Virus record (IMG/VR): IMGVR_UViG_3300045999_008996
Location: 124,001 to 188,000 of that record
Direction: 5' to 3' (one strand)
Length of the DNA: 64,000 nt
In this document: positions 18,180-27,574 of the stretch, in pieces
How the letters are laid out: every line of letters starts with the position of its first letter
Numbering within the stretch: the stretch's first letter is position 1
Notes under the pieces: generated by a model
What the model saw: the letters and a program-made list of their open reading frames with translations, nothing else
Database searches by the model: none
Told to the model about the DNA's origin: nothing
Made by a program: the position numbers and the translations under genes

Positions 18180-18626
18180 ATGGCGGAAAGTATTAAGAGT
18201 ATCTACAAACCATCCTATCCAGAAAAATACAAAGGAGATGCAAATAATATAATTTGCAGAAGCAGTTGGGAACGCAAGTTTTGCTATTATTGCGATCATA
18301 ATCCTAGTATTATATCCTGGGCTTCAGAAGAATTTTGTATTGGTTATATATCTCCTGTAGACGGTAAAATGCATCGTTATTTTCCAGATTACCTCATTAA
18401 GGTCCAGGAATCATCAGGAAAGATTAAAACTTATGTGATTGAAGTAAAACCAAAGAAACAAACAGTTCCACCAAAACAAAAATCAAGAGTGACTAAATCA
18501 TACCTACACGAATGTAGAACTTATGCAGTCAATCAAGCAAAGTGGAAAGCAGCACAGGAATGGTGTGCGGATAGAATGTTAGAATTTAAAGTCATTACAG
18601 AAGAAGAACTTTTTAACTCACGATAA
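18180..18626 (+). CDS. gp4: Head completion protein gp4
   Basis: KYKGD..NI..RSSWER..CD..W.SEE..Y.PD..EVKP..Q..KW.AA..F..ITE. Confidence 0.92.
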   Translation: MAESIKSIYKPSYPEKYKGDANNIICRSSWERKFCYYCDHNPSIISWASEEFCIGYISPVDGKMHRYFPDYLIKVQESSGKIKTYVIEVKPKKQTVPPKQKSRVTKSYLHECRTYAVNQAKWKAAQEWCADRMLEFKVITEEELFNSR

Positions 18627-19012
18627 TGGCACAAGGTTTCGGTCAGTATGCTAATGTTCCTCCACGAATGAGAGAACTTAAAAAGAAAATTGATGAGGCT
18701 GGAACTAATGATCCAGAAGATCTAATGTTAATCATTATGGATACACTCAAAGAAGAAGTGTTATATCCAGAACCAGGAAAGTTTTATACCTTCATTTATA
18801 ATCCAAAAACACCGGAGATTGAGTATGATCAACATCCATTGATTGCTTGTACTTCATTGGAAAGATGGGGATTTAAAGCAATCAATTTTCATTGGAGAGA
18901 AGGAAGACAATATACTTGGGAAGAAGTTGCAGGAAAACTTCACGTTATAAAGTATGATGAACTTGATGAAATGTTATCTATACCTTATGCAAAATTCCGT
19001 CTAAATAAATAA
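18626..19012 (+). CDS. Short gp2-like DNA end protector
   Basis: PGKFYTFIYNPK..YDQHPLI resembles the gp2 core; position beside gp4. Confidence 0.5.
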   Translation: MAQGFGQYANVPPRMRELKKKIDEAGTNDPEDLMLIIMDTLKEEVLYPEPGKFYTFIYNPKTPEIEYDQHPLIACTSLERWGFKAINFHWREGRQYTWEEVAGKLHVIKYDELDEMLSIPYAKFRLNK

Positions 19013-19023
19013 AAACTCTTTAA

Positions 19024-20256
19024 ATGCCAACGAGTCCATCATATAGTTTATTTGATAAAGTTTATGGTCTCGGAACTTACGAGACGGTCACTAACGGAGA
19101 TTTTTATACTGTGAAAAAAACTCCGACTCTTGATATTCGTCAAGCAGAAATAAACACTGCCGCAACATCCGGTAATTTAAATACTGATGGATCGATCACT
19201 TATGCCAATATATTTTCGAAAGGAAATTATGAACAATTAGGTGCTCCAAGCTCTTGGATGGGATCATTGGCAAACGATCCTACTTATTGGGGTACTATTA
19301 ATCAATCAATCGGTTACTTATCAGATAATACAAATAATTTTGCATTTGCTGCAGACTTGAACGATTCTGTACTAGGTGCAGCACCTGACCCAACTCAAAA
19401 TTCTTTATCTGGAGATGGTAGTCAATTAAGATATCCTTTATCTAATGATGGTAAGTATGACTATCTAAAAATATCAACTCACGAATTAATAAGGAATGCT
19501 GACCTTTTAAGTGGTAGCGGTCTAACTGTTGCTGGTCCAGAAGAACAACTTAGTAGTGCTATAGGACCAACCATTGCTCTTCCAATGCAACCAGGAATTT
19601 CTGATAACAATTCTGTTGACTGGGGAGCAGATCAATTAAATCCACTTCAATTACTTGGAGCAAGGGCGGCCGCGACTGGAATAGAAAACTTTGCTCAACT
19701 AAAAGTTGGTGAAGGATTTAGCGCCATGGTAAATCAAGTTTTAACAGGAATTAGGCAGGCTGGAGGAGATATAAATGAAAGCGATATCGTGTCTTACTTT
19801 GCAGGACAAGCAGTTGGTGCAAATATCTTTACAAGATCTACAGGAAAGGTAATCAATCCAAATCTCGAATTACTCTTTAGAGGACCTCAACTCAGATCTT
19901 TTAATTATGCATTTAGATTTACTCCAAGAGATCCCGAAGAAGCAAAAACCGTCAAAACAATAATTAAACATTTTAAAAAACATATGGCAGTAAAAAGGAG
20001 TGGTGCTGGATTATTTCTAAAAACTCCAGATGTTTTTAAATTACAATATGTTTATTTAAATGGAGATCAACATCCATTTTTAAATAAAATTAAACCATGT
20101 GCGTTAACTAACTTTAATGTTGATTATACTCCCGATGGAAGTTATATGACATATAAAGATGGGTCTATGACTTCTTATAGTGTCACAATGCAGTTTTCAG
20201 AATTGGCTCCAATCTATGACATTGATTATAACGATTCCGACGACATGGGTTACTAA
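19024..20256 (+). CDS. gp48: Baseplate tail-tube cap gp48
   Basis: NPNLELLF.GP.LRSF.Y.F.FTPR..EA..IIK.FK..CALTN..VDYTP. Confidence 0.88.
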   Translation: MPTSPSYSLFDKVYGLGTYETVTNGDFYTVKKTPTLDIRQAEINTAATSGNLNTDGSITYANIFSKGNYEQLGAPSSWMGSLANDPTYWGTINQSIGYLSDNTNNFAFAADLNDSVLGAAPDPTQNSLSGDGSQLRYPLSNDGKYDYLKISTHELIRNADLLSGSGLTVAGPEEQLSSAIGPTIALPMQPGISDNNSVDWGADQLNPLQLLGARAAATGIENFAQLKVGEGFSAMVNQVLTGIRQAGGDINESDIVSYFAGQAVGANIFTRSTGKVINPNLELLFRGPQLRSFNYAFRFTPRDPEEAKTVKTIIKHFKKHMAVKRSGAGLFLKTPDVFKLQYVYLNGDQHPFLNKIKPCALTNFNVDYTPDGSYMTYKDGSMTSYSVTMQFSELAPIYDIDYNDSDDMGY

Positions 20257-20258
20257 AA

Positions 20259-21362
20259 ATGACTAAACCATACTTTAGACAAGTTCCCAACTTCGATTAT
20301 GTCTCCAGAAATCCAGGAGAAAAATATATCTCAGAATATATTCCAGTCAAGAATCTATTCAAGCGTGGAAAACTTCGTGAATATATTTTTGGTAATCTTA
20401 CATTCTTTGAAAAATATGCAGTCATAGGTGACGAAAGACCTGACAATGTTGCTAATAAGTTTTATGGAGATTCAACTTTAGACTGGGTGGTGCTTCTCTC
20501 AAACAACATTCTGAATATTCAATCGGAATGGCCATTGACTCAAAGAACTTTTGATAAGGCGATGTTGCAAAAGTATGGAACAATGAAAGCGGCGGTAGAA
20601 TATTATAAAGAACGTGGAATATCTATTGACGAGTTCTCAATTGCACTTACAGATGAACTTGCTTATGAAATTTTATACAATGGAATTCATCATTATGAAA
20701 CTGAAGAAATTAAAAACTCATTAGGAATTACTGTACTTCAAGGTGGTTTAAGAATTTCTCCAACCTGGAAAACTAGTGGAAATTTTATAGAAACAATCAA
20801 CTCAACAATTACAAATATTTCTGCTTACACAACTGATGAAAACGGTTTTGTTATTCCAAGTAAAACAGTAAGTGTTTTTATGCAAGATAATGTCCCAGCA
20901 AGTATTGGAGATCAAGTTACCATTGACGGAGTTTCTGAAATAGAATATAACGGAAAGCACGTAATCACATCAATATCTGAGAATAAATTTACTTATGAAC
21001 TTCCAGAAATACCAAATGTTATTATCCCAACAGTATCAACATCTGGTCAAGAACAAGTCATTTACACAATCATAGAAAATTCAGAAAATAGTAATACAAC
21101 CAATCCACGTTATTATGAATATTGGGATGCAGGTCTTGGTTATTCCGTTTTAGTTCCTTCAACTTCTTTTGTAAAGGTGGTTACTAATTATGAGTATGAA
21201 TTAAATATAGAAGAAGCAAAAAGAAACATTTATATTCTCAAACCAAGATATCTAAATGTAATCTTTAATGATATGGATGATATTATGCCATATAAAAAAG
21301 GTTCTCAGCAATATGTTACTGAGAACCTTAAGCGTGGTGATAATATCAGACTCTATGAATAA
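20259..21362 (+). CDS. gp53: Baseplate wedge subunit gp53
   Basis: YFRQVPNFDY..Y...GDERPD.VA..YGD..LDWVVLL.N..WP. Confidence 0.88.
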   Translation: MTKPYFRQVPNFDYVSRNPGEKYISEYIPVKNLFKRGKLREYIFGNLTFFEKYAVIGDERPDNVANKFYGDSTLDWVVLLSNNILNIQSEWPLTQRTFDKAMLQKYGTMKAAVEYYKERGISIDEFSIALTDELAYEILYNGIHHYETEEIKNSLGITVLQGGLRISPTWKTSGNFIETINSTITNISAYTTDENGFVIPSKTVSVFMQDNVPASIGDQVTIDGVSEIEYNGKHVITSISENKFTYELPEIPNVIIPTVSTSGQEQVIYTIIENSENSNTTNPRYYEYWDAGLGYSVLVPSTSFVKVVTNYEYELNIEEAKRNIYILKPRYLNVIFNDMDDIMPYKKGSQQYVTENLKRGDNIRLYE

Positions 21363-22316
21363 TCAATCTTCAGCAAGACGTTGGAAGTAACTCAGAGCAT
21401 CATCTTCATCCTCATCGTCTGAAGTAACTTTAGGAAGTGAAGGAGACTTACTACGATTGTACGAATCTTCTAGTTCTTCCATTACTTTACTTTCACGACT
21501 TACAGGAGCACTGTAAGATTCGTATTCATCCTCTTGTTCCACTACAGCACGAGACTGAGTAGGAGTGTTAGTTCCACCAACACCAAGAACATAATTCATA
21601 CGCTTTTCAAGATCTTCATATGACTTGAACTGGTCTGGAGCAGTGATTGCAGAGAGAGAATATTCTTTCTTCCAGATTGCTTCAAGTGCATCGTCATCAT
21701 CAAGGAGAGGAGCAACACGATCAAACTCAGACTTATCGTAGTTCCAATAACCATCCTTCTTCACAATCTTGATTTTGAAATTTGCACCTTGCCAGAAATC
21801 AAAAGGATTGATTGGATCTTCATCATCAAACTCGGGTTGCATAGCATTCAGAATCTTATCAAAGATCTTTTTACCATACTTGAAGAGAAATACTTTACCT
21901 TCGTTTTGTGGATTTGCGGGGTCCCTTACAACGTAAATATTGGAGTAATAAGACAGTTTACGTTTTTGCTTACGAACAGTGTCCTTATCCTTTTCGCTAC
22001 CACTGTTCCACAGACCACGATTATATTCACTCACAGGGTCCTTCTGACCAATAGTAGTCAGACTGTTTTCAATATACCAACCACCAGGACCTTGGAAAGC
22101 ATGGGTATACATCTTTACCCAAGGAACATCTTCACCATCAGGAGCGGGCAGGAAGCGAATTACTGCAGAACCTACACCTGTTTTATCCATTTCTGGTTTC
22201 CAGAGACGTTCATCAGCACCACCAGAAGTGGTATTCATCTTCTCTACTTGCTTCACCAGTTTCTCAGTCAGTGAACCAAGAGAAGATTGCTTTTTCAGAT
22301 TTGCAAAATTAGACAT
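21363..22316 (-). CDS. gp32: Single-stranded DNA-binding protein gp32
   Basis: VIRFLPAP..WYIEN..G..DPV..YG.KI.DK..NF..K..GY.NYD.S.F; acidic tail. Confidence 0.95.
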   Translation of the reverse strand: MSNFANLKKQSSLGSLTEKLVKQVEKMNTTSGGADERLWKPEMDKTGVGSAVIRFLPAPDGEDVPWVKMYTHAFQGPGGWYIENSLTTIGQKDPVSEYNRGLWNSGSEKDKDTVRKQKRKLSYYSNIYVVRDPANPQNEGKVFLFKYGKKIFDKILNAMQPEFDDEDPINPFDFWQGANFKIKIVKKDGYWNYDKSEFDRVAPLLDDDDALEAIWKKEYSLSAITAPDQFKSYEDLEKRMNYVLGVGGTNTPTQSRAVVEQEDEYESYSAPVSRESKVMEELEDSYNRSKSPSLPKVTSDDEDEDDALSYFQRLAED

Positions 22317-22363
22317 TTGTACCTCGTATTTGTTGAGATTTGGCCTTTGTGTACTTCGTTATT

Positions 22364-22708
22364 CTACAGGTCAGAACCTGTTTTGTCAATCTGTTTTTTC
22401 ATCGTCTCAAGCATCTTGGACATGTTAGTAAGAATGATATTCATATCTACATTGGGAGGCAGACCCATCATCACAGCAGATTCTGCAATACGCTTCTTCA
22501 TTTCCTGTGCTTCGGGGTCATCAGAAAGACTCAGACGTGTATAGAGAATTTGTTGTTTGCTCAAAAGTTTTTCAAGAAGATTAACATGATGAATCTTATC
22601 CTCTTTTGTCATTAATGGAAACTTAAAAACGCTTCCATAAATTTCTTCTTGCAGTTCAGAAATTTCAGACATCTCTGCGCGAACGACTTCAGAATCAAAA
22701 AAATTCAT
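22364..22708 (-). CDS. Conserved cyanophage protein (DUF1825-like)
   Basis: FFDSEVVRAEM.EI.ELQE..KQ.ILYTRLSLSDDPEA. Confidence 0.75.
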   Translation of the reverse strand: MNFFDSEVVRAEMSEISELQEEIYGSVFKFPLMTKEDKIHHVNLLEKLLSKQQILYTRLSLSDDPEAQEMKKRIAESAVMMGLPPNVDMNIILTNMSKMLETMKKQIDKTGSDL

Positions 22709-22744
22709 TTTTCTCCTAAGATTACTTCTTTCAAACTAAGTACT

Positions 22745-23152
22745 TTAATATTTATTTTTGTTTTTTTCGTAATATTCATTATGCATTTTTTTGAGTTTTT
22801 CTTTATTTTCTTTTCTATATTTTTCCTGTGCTTCTTTTATTTTTTCCTTATTCTTTTGTCTGTACAATTTATCAATTTCTCTTTTTCTTTCTCTATTTTC
22901 TTCTCTCCATTTTCTTTGTTGTTCTAATCTTTTTTCTTTACTTCTCTCTCTACTTTCTTTCCACTTTTGCAATTTTTCTTCTGGAGTATATTTTGTATTT
23001 GCTTTAGAGATTGCCTCTTTTGCTTCATCTGTATGGTTCCATCCTTTCTTTCCCCATCCAGTATTAGAATATATTGGAGTGTCATCAACATCCAAATATT
23101 CTGGTCCATCGACACAAAACAACTCATTTAAAGAGCGACAGTCGAAATTCAT
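22745..23152 (-). CDS. NUMOD3-containing basic protein with no nuclease domain (homing-endonuclease-related)
   Basis: GWNHTDEAKEAISKA motif followed by K/R/E-rich helical repeats; own TATAAATA at 23175-23182. Confidence 0.6.
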   Translation of the reverse strand: MNFDCRSLNELFCVDGPEYLDVDDTPIYSNTGWGKKGWNHTDEAKEAISKANTKYTPEEKLQKWKESRERSKEKRLEQQRKWREENRERKREIDKLYRQKNKEKIKEAQEKYRKENKEKLKKMHNEYYEKNKNKY

Positions 23153-23240
23153 ATTCTTTTAGTAGGGGTAATATTATTTATATTATAAATGCGGGACTTA
23201 CACAAGTCAAATACCCCTACCCGACTTTGCTGCCCGCAAA

Positions 23241-23840
23241 TTATAAAATTATTTCTTTGAGAATTTTTTTGAATTTAAAAATATTTATCTGAAGAAATGG
23301 ATTATATTTTTTAATCCGACGACTGACGGTTTGCCACACCGGATCTTGAAGTTTTTTATCAAAGTTGTTTGAATATGCAAAAATTTTATCTAAGAGAACC
23401 ATTGTCTCTAGAGAAATCTTACCACTCAAATACTTCTTTAAAAGAACAGGATGTCCTTTTGAACACTTAAAGACATCCTCAAATTTATTTTCTTCAAACA
23501 GAGATTGACTCTCTTCCTTGAAGACATATGAAAGTGATTGTACTTTTTTCTGCCAGTTTTGGTATCTTGTTTCACCCTCTTTAATCATTTCACCGATCCA
23601 AAGAGATTCTGGATCATTACAAGATACAAAATTAGCAACAAAAAAATCTAGAATTTCCTGATCTGTTTTTTGTCTTGATATCTTTTCAAACCACATCCTA
23701 TCTTTTCGTTTATAAAAAGACTGAATAGTTGCCCTCGATTTTCCACAGTACTTATGATAGTCATAACTATCTTTCGTAAAATGATTTTTCAAAGACAAGT
23801 AGCATTTGTATGCATCAAAGGGGACCACTTTAGGTATCAT
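23241..23840 (-). CDS. gp59: Helicase loader gp59
   Basis: Y..YL.LKNHF..YDY.KY.G..F.KR.D..F.K.S..FFVANF. Confidence 0.9.
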   Translation of the reverse strand: MIPKVVPFDAYKCYLSLKNHFTKDSYDYHKYCGKSRATIQSFYKRKDRMWFEKISRQKTDQEILDFFVANFVSCNDPESLWIGEMIKEGETRYQNWQKKVQSLSYVFKEESQSLFEENKFEDVFKCSKGHPVLLKKYLSGKISLETMVLLDKIFAYSNNFDKKLQDPVWQTVSRRIKKYNPFLQINIFKFKKILKEIIL

Positions 23841-24097
23841 TAAAAAATTAATTTTGCACGGGAAGTTTTCTTGAGAAAATTAAGTTCCATTGCTTCATAC
23901 TTAATCTTCTCTTTCAAAGGTTTTGAAATGAGTTTAGGAACTGACTCCAGATCTATATTATTCTGCTCACAAAAGTAAATGATTGCATCAATATAGTTCA
24001 TTTCAACATTAACTTGTACAAGATTTTCGATTTCTTGTGCAAATCGTGATGGGCAGAAGAACTTGCTTTCGAGTACCTTTTCTAATTCATTCTCCAT
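23840..24097 (-). CDS. gp33: Late-transcription coactivator gp33
   Basis: F..EIE..V..YIDAI..CE...I..E...KLISKPLKEK...EA..LN.L; start set at MENELEK. Confidence 0.88.
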   Translation of the reverse strand: MENELEKVLESKFFCPSRFAQEIENLVQVNVEMNYIDAIIYFCEQNNIDLESVPKLISKPLKEKIKYEAMELNFLKKTSRAKLIF

Positions 24098-24767
24098 CTG
24101 ACCTAATATTGTGATGTACAAATTCTTTAATATAACGAACTAGTAGTCTAATATAGTCTGCTTTGTTCCTTTTGTCAAATACTTTAACCTCACCACCAGG
24201 AGTTACCATCAAAGTAATTAATTTAACAGGAGGAATGTCGGTGAGTTCATAGTAAGCAGCGGCATAAAAAGTTTCTTGAACGAAGTAATTTTCAATCCAC
24301 TCTTCTGGTTTGATTTTTTCTGAAGTCTTAAAGTCAATAACTGCCAACTCCCCCTCATATTCAGCAATACAATCAACTCGTCCAGCAAGTCCCAAATATT
24401 TTGAATAGAGAGTTCTTTCAATCGCGTGAATATTATTTATCTTATCAAGATAAGGTTTCGCGTGGTGAAACATAAACTTTGTCAGGGGTTGATAATCATC
24501 CCAGTTTAGTTCTTTGTTTTCAAGATAATCCTGACAGACTTGGTGAAAATCAGTTCCTCTTGCTGTTGCCTTCTTAGTGATTGCGTTTGCTTTTTCTACA
24601 CCAACTCTCTTTCTCCATTCAACAAAAATTTGCCTATTGTAAAAAGAAGTTACTGAAGTAATTGAAGGCACCCATTGACCATCAGGAAGATGGTACAGAC
24701 GGATGCCATTCGTTTCTTTCTTTTCTAATTCAAGATCACCCAAGTAATTATGATGAATAAAACTCAT
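24087..24767 (-). CDS. PD-(D/E)xK exonuclease (exonuclease A-like)
   Basis: PSITSV..RGT.FH..AGRVDCIAE..IDFKTS..Q..Y. Confidence 0.85.
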   Translation of the reverse strand: MSFIHHNYLGDLELEKKETNGIRLYHLPDGQWVPSITSVTSFYNRQIFVEWRKRVGVEKANAITKKATARGTDFHQVCQDYLENKELNWDDYQPLTKFMFHHAKPYLDKINNIHAIERTLYSKYLGLAGRVDCIAEYEGELAVIDFKTSEKIKPEEWIENYFVQETFYAAAYYELTDIPPVKLITLMVTPGGEVKVFDKRNKADYIRLLVRYIKEFVHHNIRSDGE

Positions 24768-25519
24768 ACACCAACTTCCATTTTAGCAAGGATATATTCC
24801 TTCACGAATCCAGAACGAACAATATCGTCAACTTCAAATTCAATAATATCAATTGAAGGCATCACACGAAGAATTTTCATAAAATCAACAATTCCATTCT
24901 TTTCATTCGTTTTAATAAGATCACTTTGAGTAGCATCGCCACAGAAACAAATCTTACTATTTTCACCAACTCGGGTAATTATACTATCAAGTTCGTGAAA
25001 GTTCAAGTTTTGGAATTCATCTACGATAATGATTGCATTATCAAGAGTAGTTCCACGAATAAATGAAGTGCTCCAAAAACTAATTGTTCCTTGAGTTTTA
25101 AGATTTCCATAGAGCATCTCAAAAGATGCATCATCTGGCATTTGGAACATATACTTTACCATATTCTTATAAGGAATTTGATAAAGAGAAGACTTATCTT
25201 CATGGTCTCCTGGAAGGAAACCAATTTCACGAGTAGCAACGAGAGACCTTACGATATAGATTTTTTCATAAGGACTTCTTTCATCTAAAACATCTTGAAG
25301 AGCATTATATAAAGTGATGAATGTTTTACCTGTTCCTGCACATCCATAAGCAACAATATTTTGATTTTTTTCGTATGATTTGTATAAAAGTTTTTGATTA
25401 TCCGTGAGAGGTTCAATATCTCTCATCAAATCAGCACCAATTGGTTTTTTGCGTTTCATTTGCTTTGCGGTCATTCCAACGCCAATTGGTTGATCTTCTG
25501 CCCTTCTTCTTCTTGCCAT
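24764..25519 (-). CDS. phoH: PhoH-family ATPase
   Basis: Walker A GCAGTGKT, SFIRGTTL, VDEFQN, GDATQSDL. Confidence 0.95.
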   Translation of the reverse strand: MARRRRAEDQPIGVGMTAKQMKRKKPIGADLMRDIEPLTDNQKLLYKSYEKNQNIVAYGCAGTGKTFITLYNALQDVLDERSPYEKIYIVRSLVATREIGFLPGDHEDKSSLYQIPYKNMVKYMFQMPDDASFEMLYGNLKTQGTISFWSTSFIRGTTLDNAIIIVDEFQNLNFHELDSIITRVGENSKICFCGDATQSDLIKTNEKNGIVDFMKILRVMPSIDIIEFEVDDIVRSGFVKEYILAKMEVGV

Positions 25520-25526
25520 AGAATAA

Positions 25527-25775
25527 TTAAATTGGTTTTACTTTTGAACCTGGTGCTTTTGATGCTTTACGAAGAACATCATTCCATCCTGGATGAGACT
25601 TTTTAAGTCGGTCATAAATTTCACCAACCTCTCCCGATGCTGGACAAGTTGATGGGTCCGACCAATCTCTATCCCAATCTGGGTTATCTTTTTTCCATTG
25701 CTCCCAATCATGAACACTGAGAACAACTTCTTTTTGTTCGCCAGTTTGTTTATTAATCACTGGATATGTTGCCAA
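25527..25775 (-). CDS. Conserved cyanophage hypothetical protein
   Basis: MATYPV.N..TGE.KEV..WK.DNPDW..GW..VL..K.PG. Confidence 0.75.
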   Translation of the reverse strand: MATYPVINKQTGEQKEVVLSVHDWEQWKKDNPDWDRDWSDPSTCPASGEVGEIYDRLKKSHPGWNDVLRKASKAPGSKVKPI

Positions 25776-25804
25776 TGTTACACCTCCATTGTATGTAAGG
25801 ATAT

Positions 25805-26536
25805 TTATTCAATAGTCACTGAAGGGGGATCAACACATTCTGCACATCCTTCACGAGTCCAACCAAGTGCCTCAGATACTGCAGGGAACTGACAGGTAAA
25901 GATACAACGGACCAATTCTGCGATTTCCATATGTTCCTTCTGTGTACCATGTGCAGAACGAAGATCGATATAATGAATCCATGACCTCACAGAACCGGTC
26001 ATATAGAGTCTTGTGGGAGTCGCCAAGGGCAGTACGAACCTTGCACACTCCTTTGCCACACCTTTGTCCAGAAGGCGGTTGTAGAGGCGTAGAGCACTCT
26101 CAAAATGAACACGGATGTCTTCGGTCAGGGTCAGTTTCAGATAATCAGGAATATCGTCAATTGAGTTCTGACGATTCTTAGTATCCTGACGACGAAGTTC
26201 AGGAAGAGGAATAGTCTTATTCAAGAGATTAGTATCAGCATACCGTTGTGAAAATTCTTGATATGTAAATGAACGGTGTCGAAGAATTTGAGCTGCAATA
26301 CCTCTTGTAGTATTAATCTCAACAGTCATTGAAGCTTGTTCAAAAATGCTCCAGTGTTGATGTTGGATACAATACTTAAGTAGTCCGGAGAACTTTTCAT
26401 TCTCTTGATTTGCAGGGTTACTTACGCGAGCACAATATGCCATGTGCTTTTCTGCGTCAGGAGTAACACTAATAAGTTTTACTTCTGGTTTCATAAACTC
26501 AAAGTCATCGAACATTGTATTCATCTTCCTCGTCAT
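25805..26536 (-). CDS. thyX: Flavin-dependent thymidylate synthase (true start may be 1-3 Met downstream)
   Basis: HWSIFE, QILRHRSFTYQEFSQRY, ECAR..LP, LR...TQ.EH. Confidence 0.95.
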   Translation of the reverse strand: MTRKMNTMFDDFEFMKPEVKLISVTPDAEKHMAYCARVSNPANQENEKFSGLLKYCIQHQHWSIFEQASMTVEINTTRGIAAQILRHRSFTYQEFSQRYADTNLLNKTIPLPELRRQDTKNRQNSIDDIPDYLKLTLTEDIRVHFESALRLYNRLLDKGVAKECARFVLPLATPTRLYMTGSVRSWIHYIDLRSAHGTQKEHMEIAELVRCIFTCQFPAVSEALGWTREGCAECVDPPSVTIE

Positions 26537-26678
26537 AAAATACTTCGTCGTAATCAGTTAAAAAGTTTTTAATCTCTTCATAGACAGGATCTTTAACTTC
26601 TGGTTCAATCTCTGCCTTTAAGCATTCTACCAGAGACTCAAGGTTTCTGACAATTAGCTTAAGCTTTTCTCTATCCAT
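26505..26678 (-). CDS. Hypothetical protein (MDREKLKLIVRNLESLVECLK..)
   Basis: Start re-assigned downstream of the promoter at 26701-26729. Confidence 0.65.
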   Translation of the reverse strand: MDREKLKLIVRNLESLVECLKAEIEPEVKDPVYEEIKNFLTDYDEVFYDEEDEYNVR

Positions 26679-26700
26679 TTTTATCAACCTCGACAAAGGT

Positions 26701-26740
26701 ATTATAGACAAAAAAAAGAGGAGTGTCAAGCACTCCTCTA
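26701..26740 (-). promoter_or_regulatory. Combined terminator hairpin and consensus sigma70 promoter
   Basis: GAGGAGTG-CTTGAC-ACTCCTC-T8 contains TTGACA-17-TATAAT. Confidence 0.8.
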
Positions 26741-26746
26741 AATCAT

Positions 26747-26833
26747 TTACTTATTCAGCAATAGAATTTCCAAATAAATTAAAAAAATGAACGCTATCGA
26801 TGCTCCACATATAGCAGCAATCGTAGAGATCAT
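26747..26833 (-). CDS. Small hydrophobic protein (28 aa)
   Basis: MISTIAAICGASIAFIFLIYLEILLNK; coupled ATGA overlap. Confidence 0.5.
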   Translation of the reverse strand: MISTIAAICGASIAFIFLIYLEILLLNK

Positions 26834-26928
26834 TTTCCAGCACCTACGTTTACAAGTAGTGCTTGATAACGACGTTGTTCTTTTTGCTTTTGCTCTTTAA
26901 TGAGTTGAAGGACATTAAGTTTTTTCAT
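26830..26928 (-). CDS. Small protein (32 aa, MKKLNVLQLIKEQKQKEQRRYQA..)
   Basis: TGATG coupling to the DUF4278 gene. Confidence 0.55.
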   Translation of the reverse strand: MKKLNVLQLIKEQKQKEQRRYQALLVNVGAGK

Positions 26929-27065
26929 CACTTATGCCCCTCTTTTACGAACTTAACACCACGATAGGTTTCGTTGTATTGTTGAGGTTGTTGCATCATT
27001 TGTTGCTGATACTCAAGGCGTTTTTGAGTATCATATTCGATGCCACGATAAACTACTTTTGACAT
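26928..27065 (-). CDS. DUF4278-family small protein (45 aa)
   Basis: MSKVVYRGIEY..TYRGVKF: two YRG motifs; strong AAGGAG RBS. Confidence 0.8.
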   Translation of the reverse strand: MSKVVYRGIEYDTQKRLEYQQQMMQQPQQYNETYRGVKFVKEGHK

Positions 27066-27096
27066 TAGGGTTCTCCTTAGTTTTTTAGGTTAAAGA

Positions 27097-27192
27097 GCGT
27101 TCCTTCAGTCGGCGTTTGCGTTCGCTATTTACAAATAGCGAATGAACGATCCGTTCCGCGTCGGCTTACTTCCGTCTGTTTCCAGATGAACG
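27097..27192 (-). ncRNA. Tandem glnA-type glutamine riboswitch aptamers
   Basis: CGTTCA-[TCTG GAAA CAGA]-CGGAAGTAAG..GGAACG followed by CGTTCA-[TTCGCTATTT GTA AATAGCGAA]-CGC..GAAGGAACG; sigma70 promoter TTGTAT-17-TATAAT at 27200-27228. Confidence 0.75.
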
Positions 27193-27246
27193 TAAGGTCA
27201 TTATAGACCTGTTAGTATAGTTATACAAAAACTTTTGTAACTTTTG

Positions 27247-27573
27247 TTACCGTTCAATATAACTTAACGTATGGTTTTGGGCATATAATTGTTCTATGAT
27301 AATATCACACCCAATTTTTGGATTGCAGTCTCCGCATGTATAAACGTCCACTGCTGCCTTACCTTCCTCAGGCCATGTATGGATACTAATATGACTTTCA
27401 GATAGTAAACAAATTACAGTAACTCCCTGGGGTTCAAACTTTTTTGAAATAGTTTGTACTACAGTTGCTCCGCTTGCTGCTGCTGCGTTTTCCAATAAGT
27501 CTATAAGACAACGCTCGTCATCCAAAAGGACAAACGAGCATCCATACAAGTTAAGTAGATAATGCTTTCCCAT
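27247..27573 (-). CDS. speD: S-adenosylmethionine decarboxylase proenzyme
   Basis: F.PQGVT...LL.ESHISIHTWPE...AVDVYTCG (self-cleavage site ES). Confidence 0.95.
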   Translation of the reverse strand: MGKHYLLNLYGCSFVLLDDERCLIDLLENAAAASGATVVQTISKKFEPQGVTVICLLSESHISIHTWPEEGKAAVDVYTCGDCNPKIGCDIIIEQLYAQNHTLSYIER

Positions 27574-27574
27574 T

